Assembly (NCBI GenBank): GCA_947166445.1
Contig: CAMVED010000001.1
Location: 28,368-92,367, forward strand
Reading direction: 5' to 3'
DNA: 64,000 nucleotides
Source: an uncultured Mycoplasmatota bacterium
GTDB taxonomy: Bacteria; Bacillota_I; Bacilli_A; RF39; UBA660
The notes under the pieces were generated by a model that saw only the letters and a list, made by a program, of their open reading frames with translations, ran no database searches and was not told the origin of the DNA. Made by a program: the position numbers and the translations under genes. Within the stretch, counting starts at the first letter, position 1. Every line of letters starts with the position of its first letter. Shown in pieces: positions 1-10,344 of the stretch.

Positions 1-318
1 TTAAATATTGCAAATGATAAAGATGACACCAAAAAAATCAAGCAAATTAGAAATAACAAAATCAAGAAAAATAACCATCTATCATCATCTTCCTCAACAG
101 TTAAAATCTCATCTGCAACTTCATCAGCAATCGCCTTTTCCTCAAAATTTAAATTTTTATTATTAAACTCATCCATAACTATCACCATTAAACCTAGTAT
201 ACCTATATTAATATATTACCACATATTTAATAAATTTAAAAGATAAAAATTAATCAAAAAAAAGTATTTACACATTTAAAGTAAAAAAAAAGACCATTGA
301 TTAACAATAGTCTAATTA

Positions 319-1020
319 TTAAGCTTGAGCAGCTACAACTTTAACTTTAAAACTATAAGTTTCAGATTTTGATGTTTTCTTATGTTGTGCACTTCCATCT
401 TGTTGAGGAATAGTTAAATTTCCTCCATTTTCAGTATCTGAATTAGCAGCATCAGTAGGTAAATCATAAGTATCTGCCAAATATGCTTTTACTGTAAATG
501 TATCAGTTAAATCACCATTAGTTAAAGTACCATTAGTTACATAATAACTATCAATAAGATTCTTTGGACCATGATCAGCGGCAAAACTTGAAATAAGAAC
601 ACCACCAGAAGCAGTTCCTTTTACATAAGTACTATTCTTTTGAATAGCTACTTTAACATAATTATCACTTATAGTAGCACCAGTAGCAGGTGTAGTAGTT
701 ATATCACTAAGACCAACTTCATAGTCAACTGACATTGTAGTATTTCCACCGAAATCACCTTGAACAGTAAATGTTGTTTGATTATTAGCATCAGCCATAC
801 CAGTAGCATCAGATTCAGGATATTGGTTAGTTATTTCAATTTTATTACCTGAAGTTGTATTATCAAAACTAACTGAAATTGTACCAGTTTTCAAGATGTT
901 TTCTTTAGTTCCAGTACCACTAAAAGTGAACATTGCAAATGATACACCAACAACTGCAATAACCAATACAAGTATTCCAATAATTGATAGAATTAAAGTT
1001 CTTTTATTATTGTTATCCAT
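319..1020 (-). CDS. TasA/camelysin-like secreted protein with SipW-cognate-type signal peptide
   Basis: N-terminal K-rich segment and one TM helix, then FAMF..NILKTGTISV, resembling the TasA/CalY motif GGGTWAAFND..NTFASGTLDL. It is a tandem paralog of 1087..1731. Confidence 0.5.
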   Translation of the reverse strand: MDNNNKRTLILSIIGILVLVIAVVGVSFAMFTFSGTGTKENILKTGTISVSFDNTTSGNKIEITNQYPESDATGMADANNQTTFTVQGDFGGNTTMSVDYEVGLSDITTTPATGATISDNYVKVAIQKNSTYVKGTASGGVLISSFAADHGPKNLIDSYYVTNGTLTNGDLTDTFTVKAYLADTYDLPTDAANSDTENGGNLTIPQQDGSAQHKKTSKSETYSFKVKVVAAQA

Positions 1021-1086
1021 ATATATCTCCTTTCTTTATATTTAATATAATATTAATTATTAATAAAATTTTAGATTTGCTATTAA

Positions 1087-1731
1087 CTAGCTAATTGGGT
1101 TTACATGTGAATCAACGTTAACTTTAGCATGATATTCTTTACCAGTTACATCACTATAATTAACTGTTTTTGCAATCCATAGTCTTAATGCATAAGTAGT
1201 TGTTTTAGCATTTTCTCCAGTAGTAGTAAATACATCTGAATCGCTATGAAGAACTTTAGCACCATTACGAGTAGTAGAAGCAGTTAGAGCACTAACTAAA
1301 GTACCATCAGTACCTGTTTCAGAAACCGCTGTACCAGCTTTAGTTAAATAAGCTTTAACTTGATTATCAGCCATAGAAGCATAGTATCCAGTTTGACCTT
1401 CAGCAACTGAAGATTCTACTTTAGTTAAGTTAATTTCGTAAGGTACAGTTAATGCATTATCAGCTTTAGTTGATACAGTAAATTCAAACACTCCAGTACC
1501 AGTTTGAGCCTTACCATCAGAATCATCCATAGGCATAGCATTAGTAACATTAATTGCACTAGTTGGTTCAGTATAACTAACCATAACTGTACCAGTTGTA
1601 ACAGTATTAGCGCTTGATTCAAATACCGTATTATAAGCCGCAAATGAAATACCGATTACTGCAACTACTAAAATAGCAACACCTAAAACTGAAAGTAACA
1701 TCTTCTTTTGATTATTATCCTTCATTTCCAT
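1087..1731 (-). CDS. TasA/camelysin-like secreted protein (paralog)
   Basis: Same architecture as 319..1020: signal/TM helix, then AAYNTVFESSANTVTTGTVMV. Confidence 0.5.
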   Translation of the reverse strand: MEMKDNNQKKMLLSVLGVAILVVAVIGISFAAYNTVFESSANTVTTGTVMVSYTEPTSAINVTNAMPMDDSDGKAQTGTGVFEFTVSTKADNALTVPYEINLTKVESSVAEGQTGYYASMADNQVKAYLTKAGTAVSETGTDGTLVSALTASTTRNGAKVLHSDSDVFTTTGENAKTTTYALRLWIAKTVNYSDVTGKEYHAKVNVDSHVNPIS

Positions 1732-1902
1732 AACTTATCCTCCTTTACTATACTAATCATACAATAACAGAGAATAAAAATCAATATTTTTTTTGCTATT
1801 TTTTTATAAATTTTACACAATTTAACCTAGAAAAAAATAAAGTATTTTTTCTAATAAAATACATAAAAAACATAACATTAAAAAAATAAAGTACAAAAAG
1901 TA

Positions 1903-2649
1903 CTAAATTCTTATATTAAAAAGTTTAATAGTATTATTAAAAGTAATATCAGCTACTTTATCCACACTCAAATCTAATAATTCAGAAACAAAGTTACAAA
2001 TTATTTTCACATTAGCAGGTTCATTTTTTTCACCCCTTATTGGAGACAAATAAGGAGAGTCTGTTTCAAAAATAACTCTATCTAATCCTATTTCTTTTAT
2101 AACATCTTTTAATTTACTATTTTTAAAAGTAATAACTCCTCCAATACCTAAATAATAACCTAAATCAAGATACTTTTTAGCAACTTCTAAACTACCAGAA
2201 AAGCAATGAATAACACCAAACAAATCATATTCCTTTAGTATGTTATAAGTATCTAAAAATGCATCTCTAGTATGGATAACTACAGGCAAATTATGCTTTT
2301 TAGCAATATCAAGTTGCCTGATAAACATTTTTTTTTGAGCATCAACATCATCCTTACCATAATGATAATCAAGACCAATTTCACCAATAGCAACTACTTT
2401 TTCATTTTTTATATATTCTTCTAAATCTATATAATCCTGGTCTGAAACATCCAAAGCCATACTTGGATGAAATCCCACACTAGCATATATATTTTTATAT
2501 TCACTAATAAGTTTCATATTTAACTTATTATCTTCCCTTTCAGAACCACCAACAATTAAATACTTTACACCAGAATTAATAGACCTATTAATAACAGCAT
2601 CTATATTATAATCTTCATTAACTAAATGACAATGAGAATCAATTAACAT
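1903..2649 (-). CDS. tatD: TatD family metal-dependent hydrolase (DNase)
   Basis: N-terminal MLIDSHCHL. Length 248 aa. TIM-barrel hydrolase motifs. Confidence 0.85.
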   Translation of the reverse strand: MLIDSHCHLVNEDYNIDAVINRSINSGVKYLIVGGSEREDNKLNMKLISEYKNIYASVGFHPSMALDVSDQDYIDLEEYIKNEKVVAIGEIGLDYHYGKDDVDAQKKMFIRQLDIAKKHNLPVVIHTRDAFLDTYNILKEYDLFGVIHCFSGSLEVAKKYLDLGYYLGIGGVITFKNSKLKDVIKEIGLDRVIFETDSPYLSPIRGEKNEPANVKIICNFVSELLDLSVDKVADITFNNTIKLFNIRI

Positions 2650-2969
2650 AATATCACCCAGAATAATTATAACACAAAAAAAGATACATAAGTATCTAAG
2701 GTTTTAATTTAAAAGCAAATGAAAGTAATACACAAAAATATGAAAAATCAATCATATTTGGATTTATAACAATCATAGTTAAAAACAATACTACTATTAA
2801 TGTACTAACTACTGTCTTAGTATCAGTAATCATTCTTCTTTTTCCTCCTCTTATCATTTTTAACTGCATTTTCAATTTAAAAACAAAAAAACACAATTTT
2901 CAATAAAAAAAAGCATAAACCAAACAAGTTTACACTGTTATTTACTATTTTTTTTGTAAAAAAACATGA

Positions 2970-3515
2970 TTATTCAATATATTTTCCTAAAAATTTTGAA
3001 GCTATAGTTCCTGTTTTAATAACAAAATCATCAACTTTATCTTCTGAAGACATAATAATAACAGCACCAACAGCATCACCATTAGTAATGATTGGAGCAA
3101 TAACGTAACTAGCATCCAAACTATCACCAAGAACAATAGATATTTTTACTATTTCTTTTGAATATACTACAATTCTATTTTGTATTATTAAATCAATAGT
3201 AGGAGAAATAGGCTTATCTAAATACTTTTTCTTAAAATCACCAGAAACAGCCACTATTCTATCGCGATCAACAACTAGTATATTATAACCAATTTCAGAA
3301 TATATAGATTCAGCGTACATTTTATAAAAACTTTGTAAACCTTCTAAAGGAGAATACTTTTTTAAAACAATATTGTCACTATTCAAAAAAATTTCCAAAG
3401 ATTCACCATCTTTTATTCTAAGTGTTTTTCGTATTTCCTTAGGAATGACTATTCTGCCTAAATCATCAATCCTTCGTACAACACCAGTATTTTTCATTTC
3501 AAGCCTCACTTTCAC
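2970..3515 (-). CDS. spoVT: Stage V sporulation protein T (AbrB-family regulator with GAF-like C-domain)
   Basis: MK.TGVVRRIDDLGRIVIPKEIRKTLRIKDGE is near-identical to the Bacillus SpoVT N-terminus. Length 181 aa. Located downstream of mfd, as in Bacillus. Confidence 0.85.
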   Translation of the reverse strand: MKVRLEMKNTGVVRRIDDLGRIVIPKEIRKTLRIKDGESLEIFLNSDNIVLKKYSPLEGLQSFYKMYAESIYSEIGYNILVVDRDRIVAVSGDFKKKYLDKPISPTIDLIIQNRIVVYSKEIVKISIVLGDSLDASYVIAPIITNGDAVGAVIIMSSEDKVDDFVIKTGTIASKFLGKYIE

Positions 3516-3644
3516 TATAATTATTTTTTACAAATTATAAAAAAATATTCCTTGTTTTAATAACAAACTATATATCTATTATAATATCTATACCCCAGTA
3601 TTCTTACTGGTAATTTTTACCAATTTTTTTACATAAAAAAAGAA

Positions 3645-6600
3645 CTATATTAGTTCTTTAAACAATTTATTAAACGAGTTAACTATATTATCAGAATCTT
3701 TATAAAAAAGCTTAATTCCAATTATATTATTCTTATATGAAAAACTAAAACTTTTATTAATATTAAGAGCCTTAATAAACAAATCCTCATAATCCAGTTT
3801 AGCAGAAATATCTCTTTCTAAGAATACCTCTCTATATATACTATTATCAAATATTCTTAAAACACCTAACTTTTTACAAAAATTTTCAAATAATTGTTCA
3901 TTCATATAAGAAATCAAATCATTATCACAAGGCCCAAATCTATCTTCAATAGAAATTTTTACATTTTTCAAAGTTTCAAAAGAATCAATGCTATTAATAA
4001 GTTTATGTATCTCTATTTTTACGTCCTGATCAGAAACATAACTATCTTTTATATGGGAAGAAACATTTAAATTAATAGAGTCATCTTCATCTTCTTTAAC
4101 CTCTACCCCTTTAATTCTATTAACTTCTTCATCAAGCATCTTTAAATACAAATCAATGCCGACACTATCTATAAAACCAGCTTGGTCACTACCCAAAATA
4201 TCTCCTGCACCACGAATAGATAAATCACGAGCTGCAATAGCAAAACCACTTCCCAAAGAAGTAAAATCCTTAATTACTTTTAAACGTTTTACAGCCTTTT
4301 CAGTAAGAACACGACCTTTTTCATACATAAGATAAGCATAAGCAAGAGCATCACTTCTACCAACACGACCACGTATTTGATAAAGCTGAGATAAACCAAA
4401 TCTATCAGCATCCATAATAATCAAACTATTAACATTAGGAATATCTATTCCTGTTTCAATAATAGTAGTACAAACTAGTACATCAAACTTATTATCAACA
4501 AAATCATTCATCACAGCTTCAAAAGAATCCTTATCCATCTTACCATGAGCAAAATTGATACTTACATCAGGCAAAAGTTCACGAAACATATTAACTTTAG
4601 TCTCAATATCATCCACACGATTATAAAGAATAAACACCTGTCCTCCACGAGAAACTTCCTTATAAACAATTTCACGAACAAGTTTTTTATCAAAAGGAGT
4701 AACATAAGTAACAACAGATTTTCTATTTTTCGGAGGAGTTTCGATTAAAGACAAGTTTTTAATACCTAAAACAGCCATTTGAAGAGTACGAGGTATCGGA
4801 GTTGCAGTAAGCGTCAAAACATCAATATTACTCTTCATTTCTTTAATTTTTTCTTTTTGAATAACCCCAAAACGTTGTTCCTCATCAACAACTAAAAGCC
4901 CTAAATCATGGAAAATAACATCATCACTAAGACCTCTATGAGTTGCAAATACAATATCAATTTCCCCTTTTTTAAGCTTTTCCAAAGTTTTATTAATTGA
5001 TAAACTGCTTTCAAATCTATTTAAAATACCAATGTTAATTGGATAATTCTTAAATCTATCAAGAGCAACATCATATTGTTGACGACATAAAAGAGTCGTA
5101 GGACACAAATATAAAACTTGCTTATTATCAAAAACTGCTTTAAACATCGCTCTAAAAGCAACTTCAGTCTTTCCATAACCAACATCACCACATAAAATAC
5201 GATCCATTGGTAAAATACTTTCCATGTCAGATTTTATTTCTACAGTAGCACGTTCTTGATCAGTAGTAAAATCATATTCAAACTCACTTTCAAACATTTC
5301 TTGTAAAGCAGAATCTTTACTAAATGCAAAACCTTTTTTAACCTTACGTTCAGCTTGAATTCGAATAAGTCTTTCAGCCTCTATTCTAATTTTTTCACGA
5401 ATACGTTGTTTAGCCTTTACCCAAGCTGTACTATTAAGAGAACTAATATTAGGAACATATCCATCTTTACCATTATATTTACTAATAAGTTCTATTTTAG
5501 AAGCAGGAATATAAAGTTTATCACCTTTTGCATACAAAACTTCTAAATAATCACCAAGAACTCCACCTTTTTTTAAAGTAGTAATACCATTATAAATACC
5601 AATACCATGTAAACTATGAACAACAAAGTCACCGATCTCTAATTTAGACAAATCACGAATTCTAGAAGTATTCTTAAAACGAGTCCTTTTATTCATAACA
5701 GTCTTACGACCAAACAATTCATAATCAGTTAAAAATACAAAATCATCTTTTTCAAAACCTTCAGCTAGTCTTTTTCTAACAACATTGACCTTGCCAGGTA
5801 ACACATTATCAAAGTCAGTAATGACATAAGAACAATCAAGTTCATCCAAAAACTTATTAATATTTGAAGTATTAACACATAGTACTATAGTTTTTCCATC
5901 AGAAATACAGTTTTTAACAAATTTGTTGATTTCATCAAAGTTTTCCCCAAACCTTGGAACACTTTTAACTCCAAAACTAATAGTATTATTAAGCTTTATA
6001 TCAGATATGTTACTATCAAAATCAAAATAATACATTTTTTTATTTACATTAATATCAAATAAACCAAAATAAAAATCATCAAAATTATAATCCAATTCTA
6101 CACTATCAGAAGCCATCTTTTCATAAGAAAATTTAATTTGTTCAAAATCTTTAAAAATAACAATAGGATCATTTAAATAATCATAAATAGAAGAATTTCC
6201 ATTAGACACTTCATTAAAAGGAAGTATAGTAAAATTAGAAACACTATTAATAGATTTCTGACTATCTAAATCAAAATATCTAATGGATTCAATATCATCT
6301 CCAAAAAACTCAATTCTAATAGGATTATCAGAATTAATAGGAAAAATATCAAGTACAAAACCACGTAAAGCAAAATCACCCATCTTATCAACCATTGAAA
6401 CTCTCTCATATCCAAAATCTGTTAAAACCGAAGCTATATCATTCTGAGAAAAACTAGAACCGATTTCAAAAGAAATGCTTCTCTTGGCAAAATCAGAAAC
6501 AGACAAAAGTCTTCTAGTAAAACCACGTACATCAGTTAAAACAATCCTTTTTTTATCAGAACCGAGTTCATTCAAAGTATTTATTCTTTCAACCCTTAAT

Positions 6601-6854
6601 TCAGGACTAACTACACTACCATCACTAAAGCTAACATCATCATCTTCAAATAATATAACACTTTCATCATAAAACTTATTATATAAAGATCTAGCTTCAA
6701 GCATATTTGAAGTAACAACTAAAATAGAATCATTTTCATCATTAAACATTTTTTTAAGAGCAAGCACGAAAAAACCACCGGACAAATTAACTAGCCCCGT
6801 GTCATTTTTATATTTAAATCCAGTAATCTTATCAAAAACATTCATAATTATCAC
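3645..6854 (-). CDS. mfd: Transcription-repair coupling factor Mfd
   Basis: Length 1069 aa. Helicase motifs GYGKTEVA and VDEEQRFG. pth-mfd synteny. Confidence 0.95.
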   Translation of the reverse strand: MIIMNVFDKITGFKYKNDTGLVNLSGGFFVLALKKMFNDENDSILVVTSNMLEARSLYNKFYDESVILFEDDDVSFSDGSVVSPELRVERINTLNELGSDKKRIVLTDVRGFTRRLLSVSDFAKRSISFEIGSSFSQNDIASVLTDFGYERVSMVDKMGDFALRGFVLDIFPINSDNPIRIEFFGDDIESIRYFDLDSQKSINSVSNFTILPFNEVSNGNSSIYDYLNDPIVIFKDFEQIKFSYEKMASDSVELDYNFDDFYFGLFDINVNKKMYYFDFDSNISDIKLNNTISFGVKSVPRFGENFDEINKFVKNCISDGKTIVLCVNTSNINKFLDELDCSYVITDFDNVLPGKVNVVRKRLAEGFEKDDFVFLTDYELFGRKTVMNKRTRFKNTSRIRDLSKLEIGDFVVHSLHGIGIYNGITTLKKGGVLGDYLEVLYAKGDKLYIPASKIELISKYNGKDGYVPNISSLNSTAWVKAKQRIREKIRIEAERLIRIQAERKVKKGFAFSKDSALQEMFESEFEYDFTTDQERATVEIKSDMESILPMDRILCGDVGYGKTEVAFRAMFKAVFDNKQVLYLCPTTLLCRQQYDVALDRFKNYPINIGILNRFESSLSINKTLEKLKKGEIDIVFATHRGLSDDVIFHDLGLLVVDEEQRFGVIQKEKIKEMKSNIDVLTLTATPIPRTLQMAVLGIKNLSLIETPPKNRKSVVTYVTPFDKKLVREIVYKEVSRGGQVFILYNRVDDIETKVNMFRELLPDVSINFAHGKMDKDSFEAVMNDFVDNKFDVLVCTTIIETGIDIPNVNSLIIMDADRFGLSQLYQIRGRVGRSDALAYAYLMYEKGRVLTEKAVKRLKVIKDFTSLGSGFAIAARDLSIRGAGDILGSDQAGFIDSVGIDLYLKMLDEEVNRIKGVEVKEDEDDSINLNVSSHIKDSYVSDQDVKIEIHKLINSIDSFETLKNVKISIEDRFGPCDNDLISYMNEQLFENFCKKLGVLRIFDNSIYREVFLERDISAKLDYEDLFIKALNINKSFSFSYKNNIIGIKLFYKDSDNIVNSFNKLFKELI

Positions 6855-6953
6855 CTAGATTCAATAATATGTTCTCAAAAAAGCAATTAAATTATACTAA
6901 AAAAAAATTAAAAAGGCAAATAAAAAAAAGTTATTAACAAAAATTGTTAATAA

Positions 6954-7508
6954 CTAATTGTACTTACTCATAAGTCTTTCAAAATCTATTACAATAAAAT
7001 CATTTAAAATATCGACTGTTTTAGGTAAAAATTCAGCAATAGCATCTCGCTCTTCATTACTAAATCTTCCTAAAACATAATCCTTAGTATTCATATCTCT
7101 ATTATTAGAAATACCAATTCTAAATCTTCTAAACCTATTTGTACCTAAAGATCTTTCAATATCCTTAAGACCATTATGACCACCACTTGAACCAAATAAC
7201 CTTAATCTATAGTCAAGAAAATCCAAATCAAGATCATCACTAATAACTAAAATATCAGAATAATCAATGTCATAATAATTAGCAAAACTTTGAACAACTT
7301 CACCAGATAAATTCATATAAGATTGAGGTTTGACAAATAAAATCTTTTCACCTTCTATAAATAAATCAGTATATAGAGCATTAAATTTCTTTTTATCAAT
7401 AGAAACACCTAAACTCTTAGCATAATTATCTAGTATGATAAAGCCCATATTATGACGGGTATTTTCATATTCTTTTCCAGGATTACCAAGTCCAACAATC
7501 ATCTTCAT
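6954..7508 (-). CDS. pth: Peptidyl-tRNA hydrolase
   Basis: MKMIVGLGNPGKEYENTRHNMGF. Length 184 aa. Confidence 0.95.
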   Translation of the reverse strand: MKMIVGLGNPGKEYENTRHNMGFIILDNYAKSLGVSIDKKKFNALYTDLFIEGEKILFVKPQSYMNLSGEVVQSFANYYDIDYSDILVISDDLDLDFLDYRLRLFGSSGGHNGLKDIERSLGTNRFRRFRIGISNNRDMNTKDYVLGRFSNEERDAIAEFLPKTVDILNDFIVIDFERLMSKYN

Positions 7509-7516
7509 AACATCAC

Positions 7517-8311
7517 CTATTTTCCAATATCAACAGTAACTACCTTAGAATCATCCATTTCAAGCTTACAAGATCTTTCAAAAATATCAACAGAAATAAC
7601 CTTACCTTCTTCTCCATTGTAAACATACTTTGATCCAACCTTAGGAAGACCCTTCTTATAAAAATTATAATCATCATTTTCATAAGCTAAACAACACATA
7701 AGTCTACCACAAACACCATTAATCTTCTGAGGATTTAAAGCCAAATTTTGATTCTTAGCCATATTTATAGAAACACTATTAAGATCTCTCAAAAATACAG
7801 AACAACATAATTCCCTACCGCATTGACCATATCCACCAACAATTTTAGATTTATCTCTAACACCAATTTGCCTTAATTCAATTCTAGTTTTATATATAGC
7901 AGCAAGTCTCTTAACAAGTTCCCTAAAATCAACACGTGAATCAGCCAAAAAAGTAAACATAAGTTGCTTTCTATCAAAAGTAAAACAAGCATCCAATATT
8001 TGCATATCGAGTCCAAGATCACCCGCTATAGAAATTGCTTCTTTTAAAGCATTATCAGCATCTTTTATGTTTTTTTCGTGATTAGAAATATCATTTTTTG
8101 AAGCAATTCTAACAATATCTTTAAGATCAGAATTAAGTTTTTTCTCATCAACATCAATAACATCAGTCATAACAGTACCAAATTGTTCACCCTTTTCAGT
8201 ATTTGTTATAACAAAATCGCCTTTAGCAAGTTTAAAATCACCAACTAAAAAATAATATATCTTTTTAGAGCCACTAAAACTAACACCTATAACCTTTTTC
8301 ATATCAAACAC
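7517..8311 (-). CDS. ricT: PSP1-domain protein RicT/YaaT (stage 0 sporulation)
   Basis: PSP1 Cys-rich C-terminus (CGRELCCSVF, CGRLMCCLAYE). Adjacent to holB, as in Bacillus. Confidence 0.8.
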   Translation of the reverse strand: MFDMKKVIGVSFSGSKKIYYFLVGDFKLAKGDFVITNTEKGEQFGTVMTDVIDVDEKKLNSDLKDIVRIASKNDISNHEKNIKDADNALKEAISIAGDLGLDMQILDACFTFDRKQLMFTFLADSRVDFRELVKRLAAIYKTRIELRQIGVRDKSKIVGGYGQCGRELCCSVFLRDLNSVSINMAKNQNLALNPQKINGVCGRLMCCLAYENDDYNFYKKGLPKVGSKYVYNGEEGKVISVDIFERSCKLEMDDSKVVTVDIGK

Positions 8312-9194
8312 TTCCCATACTTATAAAAAGATTATCTATAAATAAATTAATATTAACATTAAATCTTAAATCATAAATAAACTTATCAATAATTTCCATT
8401 TTCCTTATTATATCATGATAATCATTATTTTTTGCAATTTTTTCAATATCGATATCAAAAAAAGAACACTTGATATTTCTTCCAATTAAAAAATTAAGCG
8501 TGTCATAATATAAATAATATCCAAAACACAAAAATTCCCTCAAGCATTCTTTTAAATCATAAAGAGGAGAATCAGCTAAAATAGAAACACCTTTAGATTC
8601 AAACTCAAAATAAATATCATAAAACTTTTTAACATATGAATTAACAAAATCATCATATCTAATACCAAAATCGTTATCATATAAAGAAACAAAAATGCTT
8701 TCATAAACATTATCATCATTAATTAAGCTAACAAGTTGACAACGAGAAACAATAGTAGGCAAAACATTAATAGAACTGTTGCAAAGTAAAATAGCAATAA
8801 CATCACCTTCAGGTTCCTCAAGAAACTTAAGTAAACTATTTGCAGCACTCTTATTCATATTTTGAACATCACAAATAATATATACTTGTCTTTTATTATC
8901 GATAGATTTCATTGAAAAATCATTTTTTAAAGAAACAATATCACCTTTATTAACATAAGCATTCTCACCAATAATTTTTAAATTAGGATAATTAGAATTA
9001 TCAATTAAATTACATATTTTTTCATCATAAACACCATTACACAAGAAAAATTTAGCCAAATCAAGAGCTAAATTAAACGCATATGAAACACCATTGCTTT
9101 CAATCATATAAGCATGAGAAATATGACCTACACTATTACTATGCATAAAATAATTATAAAAAACTTTTTGTGAATCCTTATATTTATCCAACAT
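8304..9194 (-). CDS. holB: DNA polymerase III delta' subunit
   Basis: AAA+-like clamp-loader subunit. Size and synteny with ricT fit holB. The sequence itself is divergent. Confidence 0.6.
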   Translation of the reverse strand: MLDKYKDSQKVFYNYFMHSNSVGHISHAYMIESNGVSYAFNLALDLAKFFLCNGVYDEKICNLIDNSNYPNLKIIGENAYVNKGDIVSLKNDFSMKSIDNKRQVYIICDVQNMNKSAANSLLKFLEEPEGDVIAILLCNSSINVLPTIVSRCQLVSLINDDNVYESIFVSLYDNDFGIRYDDFVNSYVKKFYDIYFEFESKGVSILADSPLYDLKECLREFLCFGYYLYYDTLNFLIGRNIKCSFFDIDIEKIAKNNDYHDIIRKMEIIDKFIYDLRFNVNINLFIDNLFISMGSV

Positions 9195-9205
9195 ATAACC
9201 ACCTA

Positions 9206-9400
9206 CTAAAAAAACAAAAAATAAATAACAACAAGCATAATAAGACCAACAATACCAAATAATCCAACAACTACTATAGTAATAGCATTCAAAGGAATAA
9301 AAATATCCAAAACTACAGCCATTTTATCAAAAAGATATATAATAAACGGTGCCAATAAAAAACGTCTAAAAAAATTAATATATTTTTTCAAAGTAAACAC
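9206..9400 (-). CDS. bofA: BofA-like small membrane protein (pro-sigma-K processing inhibitor family)
   Basis: IPLNAITIVVVGLFGIVGLIMLVVI resembles BofA VPINLVTTAISGILGIPGIAALVVI. Position after recR matches the Bacillus recR-yaaL-bofA order. Confidence 0.45.
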   Translation of the reverse strand: MFTLKKYINFFRRFLLAPFIIYLFDKMAVVLDIFIPLNAITIVVVGLFGIVGLIMLVVIYFLFF

Positions 9401-9425
9401 CTCAAAAAAATATATGAACTAAAAC

Positions 9426-10028
9426 TTAATCTAAAACTTCTTTTCTATTATTAAGAGCAGATTCTAAAGTAAGAGAATCAATATAATCCATGTCAGCGCC
9501 TATTGGTATACCATTAGCAATTCTAGATATAACAACATTAGAATCATCTAAACACCTTTTAATATACATAACAGTAGTGTCAGCCTCAATACCAGATCTA
9601 GTAACAAAAATTATTTCATTAATATTAGTATTTCTTACCCTATCAAACAAACCTTTCAAATCAATATCTTCAGGCCCAATATCATCAAAAGGAGAAATAA
9701 GTCCCCCCAAAACATGATAATAACCAGAAAAGTTACCAACTTTTTCTAGAAGAAAAACATCTTTTGAATTTTCGACAACAATTAATACTGAATTATCGCG
9801 TCCTTTATCACTACAGACAAAGCACAAATCCTGATCAGTAATACAATTACAAACATCACATTTTTTGATTTTACTTTTTATATTAGAAACACTATTACTA
9901 AAATTATCAATTTCATCTTCATCAAAATCATTAAGTAAAGAAAAAGCCATTCTTTCAGCAGATTTTTGTCCAACACCAGGAAATTTTTTAAAACACTCAA
10001 TTAATTCATTAACGCATTCTGGAAACAC
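9426..10028 (-). CDS. recR: Recombination protein RecR
   Basis: HhH FPGVGQKSAERMAF, C4 zinc finger CDVCNC..CFVC, Toprim domain. Length 200 aa. Confidence 0.95.
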   Translation of the reverse strand: MFPECVNELIECFKKFPGVGQKSAERMAFSLLNDFDEDEIDNFSNSVSNIKSKIKKCDVCNCITDQDLCFVCSDKGRDNSVLIVVENSKDVFLLEKVGNFSGYYHVLGGLISPFDDIGPEDIDLKGLFDRVRNTNINEIIFVTRSGIEADTTVMYIKRCLDDSNVVISRIANGIPIGADMDYIDSLTLESALNNRKEVLD

Positions 10029-10029
10029 A

Positions 10030-10332
10030 CTACATCAATCCATTCATCATACTAGAATATTTACCCATTTTTTGTTCAGTAGTCTTATCAACCTTAGAAA
10101 AAGCATCATTTAAGGCCAAAACAACCATATCTTCAAGCATAGAAATATCATCATTAGCTAAATCCTTAGCACCATCTAAAAATTTAACTTCAACAATTTC
10201 CTTGGTACCCTTAACTTTTACAGAAACTAAAGAACTAGCACCATCAAAAATAGAATTATCTATTTCATTCTTAATACCAGTAATTTCCTTTTGCATAGCT
10301 TGAGCTTGCTTCATTAAAGCTTGCATATTCAT
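10030..10332 (-). CDS. ybaB: Nucleoid-associated protein YbaB/EbfC
   Basis: Length 100 aa. LMKQAQAMQKE N-terminus. Sits between dnaX and recR. Confidence 0.9.
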   Translation of the reverse strand: MNMQALMKQAQAMQKEITGIKNEIDNSIFDGASSLVSVKVKGTKEIVEVKFLDGAKDLANDDISMLEDMVVLALNDAFSKVDKTTEQKMGKYSSMMNGLM

Positions 10333-10344
10333 ATATACATCCTC

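Noticed and set aside
4545-6672. Three short + strand ORFs inside mfd (4545..4748, 5355..5546, 6475..6672)
   Set aside because: They are antisense to a well-supported 1069-aa Mfd gene. They are Leu/Ile/Phe-rich artefacts of AT-rich antisense frames.
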